DNA of 36,636 nucleotides from a virus. Taxonomy: Duplodnaviria > Caudoviricetes. The notes under the pieces were generated by a model, which did no database searches, was not told the origin of the DNA, and saw nothing but the letters and a program-made list of their open reading frames with translations. The DNA lies in the IMG/VR virus record IMGVR_UViG_3300047463_000117, positions 1 to 36,636 of that record. One strand, written 5' to 3'. A program made the position numbers and the translations under genes. This document shows positions 34,250 through 36,636 of this stretch, in pieces; positions within the stretch are counted from its first letter, which is position 1, and every line of letters begins with the position of its first letter.

Positions 34250-36102
34250 TAGGGCCTCCACCGGCTGACGAAATTACTGGACGGGGTTCGTTTGGGACGA
34301 GGCGGACGTGGGGGCAGTAAGGGGGACGGCGGCGGCGCATCAGGCGAGACCGGGGGCGTCGGGGTAGCGGGCTGTGCTGAAGGCGCGGCGCGGCGCTGTG
34401 CGATTTTCTGAAAGTTCGGGTTGAGGATGGATAACGCCGCCATGTTATACACGCGCAAGTCGAGGACTTCGTTGCGCTTGGCCCCTTTCTTTTTCACATA
34501 GCAATGGCCGACGATCTGATTGCCGCGCTTCCGATGCCGTCGCTCTTCGGCGGTGAGTTGTCGGAAGTATTCATCGTCGTAGGCGTCCAGGCGCGGAAAG
34601 TGACAATAGCCGGGACCGGGTTCCTTGAGTGCCAACCGAGAAAAGATCGTATCCTTGGCCGTATCGGTCCCGACGATATAGAGCGCCAGACGGGTCGTGC
34701 TTTTCCGCACCAGCGGCGAGCCGGGTTGATTGGAACCCTTCACGGCGACGACACGGCGACTGTGTCGCGTGCGGACGAATTCTAGGGTTTCCTTTCCGTG
34801 ATGGCCGCCCATGTCGATGGCTACACATTGCGCCTTCATGCCGACGCCGGACTCATGCTCCCACGCCATCGATAACCAATCGTCTAGATCGTTCCAGACT
34901 GCTGGTTGTCCCGGCGAGCCGATAAACCGCCGATAGTCGATGGCCCAACTTTCTTCCTTCGGTCCCCACCCGATCACTTCCGCTTCCAGCCGATCATCCT
35001 GCACATCGACGGCGGCGGTGAGCACGAGCACCTCTGCGGGGACTGGCGCCCGGTAATCCTCCCGCTGTGCCATCAGGCCGACGTGTTCGATCTGATCGCC
35101 CTTGTCCTCCCAGGTTTCCCCCCACGACGTATTAACGAACACTTTGAACTGCTCGATGTTGCCTTTGACGGCGAGGAAATTGGCCACCATATGCCGCCAA
35201 CTGACCCAGGGGGAGTAAAGTTCAGAAATCCAAAAACCTGCGGTCCCGGCAAACGGCGCACTCGCCACCCATTGACCGTCTCGAATCATCCCGAGCTTAT
35301 CGGCTTCATCAAGGAACGTGTGGCAGGACTCGCACTCATACCGCACGGTCTGCGGCTGGTCCTTCTCCCACTTCAACTGCGCCCAACTCAGCACTTGAGG
35401 ATGACCACAGTGCGGACAAGGGACGTGATAGGTGCGTCGGTCCGATTGTTCATACGCGGATTCAATGCGTGACAATCCTTTGATCGTCGGGGTTGAGACC
35501 AGGATGCGTTTACGATTCCAAAACGTCGTGGTGCGCTTGGAGGCCAGATTGACCGGATCGCCTTCACTTCCTGCCGATACCGGAAAGCGGTCGATCTCAT
35601 CCGCCAGCAGAATGCGAATGGGACGTGACGCCAGCGACGCGGACGAATTCGCCCCGGCCATCGTGAGATGCCCCATCGGAAAGGTTTTGTGCAAGATGGT
35701 TTGGGCGCTGTCTCGCGCTTTCCAGTCGTGGACTTTCCCTTGCAACTGGGGACAATCCCGCAACATGGGAGCTAGCCGGTCTTTACTCCACGCCTGCGCC
35801 ATTTCGAGCGTCGGCTGCACCAGCAGCATGGGGCCGGGGTCTTGGTCGATGTAGTACGCAATGATATTTTGAAGTATTTCCGTTTTCCCAATTTGAGCGG
35901 ACGATTGCACCACCAGCGTCTCTACCGTCGGATCGTTCACGGCATCCATGATGCCCCGCTGATATTCAGCGCGAGCCGTGATCCACTGGCCGGGTTCAGC
36001 GCTACTTTCTGGACTGAGCTTGCGGTGCTGATCGGCCCACTGGCTGACGGTCAGACGCGGCGTCGGGGCCATCACCTGCAAGTCGAGTAACGCTGAGTTC
36101 AT
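34249..36102 (-). CDS. terL: Terminase large subunit, lambda gpA family
   Basis: SAQIGKTE (Walker A), LLADEID (Walker B), CPHC/CESC zinc site, VDVQDDR, RNEVLDLRVY. Start could be 36129. Confidence 0.97.
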   Translation of the reverse strand: MNSALLDLQVMAPTPRLTVSQWADQHRKLSPESSAEPGQWITARAEYQRGIMDAVNDPTVETLVVQSSAQIGKTEILQNIIAYYIDQDPGPMLLVQPTLEMAQAWSKDRLAPMLRDCPQLQGKVHDWKARDSAQTILHKTFPMGHLTMAGANSSASLASRPIRILLADEIDRFPVSAGSEGDPVNLASKRTTTFWNRKRILVSTPTIKGLSRIESAYEQSDRRTYHVPCPHCGHPQVLSWAQLKWEKDQPQTVRYECESCHTFLDEADKLGMIRDGQWVASAPFAGTAGFWISELYSPWVSWRHMVANFLAVKGNIEQFKVFVNTSWGETWEDKGDQIEHVGLMAQREDYRAPVPAEVLVLTAAVDVQDDRLEAEVIGWGPKEESWAIDYRRFIGSPGQPAVWNDLDDWLSMAWEHESGVGMKAQCVAIDMGGHHGKETLEFVRTRHSRRVVAVKGSNQPGSPLVRKSTTRLALYIVGTDTAKDTIFSRLALKEPGPGYCHFPRLDAYDDEYFRQLTAEERRHRKRGNQIVGHCYVKKKGAKRNEVLDLRVYNMAALSILNPNFQKIAQRRAAPSAQPATPTPPVSPDAPPPSPLLPPRPPRPKRTPSSNFVSRWRP

Positions 36103-36400
36103 GCAACGCCTCATAGATTTGCTGTTCAAGAATCGCTTTCACTTCCGGCAAGGTTTTCACGGCGAGGACCAGCGGCGCGGTTTTCGTGGGGATGGCGAGG
36201 AGGCGGTTCCGAATCGCCGCCGCCGTCTTGAGCCATTCGGTCTTGATGGTCTCGCGGTCCACCAACTCCCCGGCTAACTGCTGCGCCTTGATCTCTTCCT
36301 GCTTGGCCTGCGCGAGGGTGCGCCGCCGTTGCGCTTCGTAGAGGGAGATGCCGTCGGCGGGCGCGGCGTCATCGGGTTTCTGCTTGCGTTGGTTAGCCAT
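36002..36400 (-). CDS. terS: Terminase small subunit (Nu1-like oligomerisation part; no HTH seen)
   Basis: EAQRRR..A.A...E......GELV and IRNRLLAIP are typical of the Nu1 C-terminal half. Directly upstream of terL. Confidence 0.85.
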   Translation of the reverse strand: MANQRKQKPDDAAPADGISLYEAQRRRTLAQAKQEEIKAQQLAGELVDRETIKTEWLKTAAAIRNRLLAIPTKTAPLVLAVKTLPEVKAILEQQIYEALHELSVTRLAGDGPDAASDRQPVGRSAPQAQSRK

Positions 36401-36445
36401 AAAAATAAAAAAGCCACACCGACCGGCTACCCGGTCATGCGTGGC
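36401..36445 (-). terminator. Rho-independent terminator directly upstream of terS
   Basis: The - strand reads GCCACGC ATGACCGG gtag CCGGTC GGTGTGGC followed by TTTTTTATTTTT. Confidence 0.7.
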
Positions 36446-36469
36446 CTTTGCTCCCTTTCGAGAATGAGG

Positions 36470-36592
36470 CTATCTGTTCAGTACGGCTTCGAGTTTCTTT
36501 TTCAGTCCTGCCAACAGCATTAGCGCATCAATAATGAGGCGACGTTCTTGCTCTGTTAGCCGTTGAACCGTCTTTTCATTCACTCCAGACAT
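36470..36592 (-). CDS. Small hypothetical protein (40 aa; not in ORF track)
   Basis: MSGVNEKTVQRLTEQERRLIIDALMLLAGLKKKLEAVLNR. Amphipathic helix; RBS AAGG. Confidence 0.5.
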   Translation of the reverse strand: MSGVNEKTVQRLTEQERRLIIDALMLLAGLKKKLEAVLNR

Positions 36593-36636
36593 GTTACCTT
36601 TTGGTTACACCCTAAAAAAACGCCACACCTAGGAAA

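Larger units (their letters stand above)
1..36636. mobile_element. Temperate lambda-like siphophage genome, near complete, unintegrated (intact attP)
   Basis: Packaging, head, tail, lysis, integration, regulation, recombination and replication modules are all present. No host genes are visible. attP has arm sites on both sides of the core. Confidence 0.95.

Noticed and set aside
13200-36100. Numerous + strand ORFs across the structural region
   Set aside because: They are antisense shadows of well-supported - strand genes in GC-rich DNA, with no motifs or clear RBS support.

Overview
The window looks like an almost complete genome of a temperate, lambda-like long-tailed phage (siphovirus). 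It appears to be in its free, unintegrated form and linearised close to its packaging (cos) site. Nearly all genes are on the - strand. From the right end the order is: TerS, TerL (lambda gpA type), an HTH protein, gpW-like adaptor, lambda-type portal, fused prohead protease/major capsid, head-tail joining genes, tail tube, tail chaperones with a -1 frameshift, a five-gene fibre/repeat-protein module, tape measure, a GTA-like tail tip (DUF2460, DUF2163, megatron-like, DUF2793-like), lysis genes (M15 peptidase, holin candidates), and a metallophosphoesterase with a small partner. Next come an intact attP (3' half of tRNA-Arg(UCU), 2+3 arm sites, two IHF sites) and a + strand tyrosine integrase. 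A divergent switch is made of two ribbon-helix-helix genes that both appear leaderless. The early operon holds xis, small Zn-finger and membrane proteins, a YqaJ exonuclease with a putative annealing protein, a pentapeptide protein, RusA, a DNA methyltransferase with a Cys8 tract, and a replication initiator with iterons. The most interesting observations are: (1) a TerS lacking its DNA-binding domain, together with a separate HTH protein that shares the TerL C-terminal FVSRW motif; (2) a 910-aa protein with ~31 repeats inside a fibre module that may template a filament; (3) the RHH/RHH leaderless switch; (4) the poly-Cys methyltransferase. All family calls come from motif recognition by eye; no database search was run.
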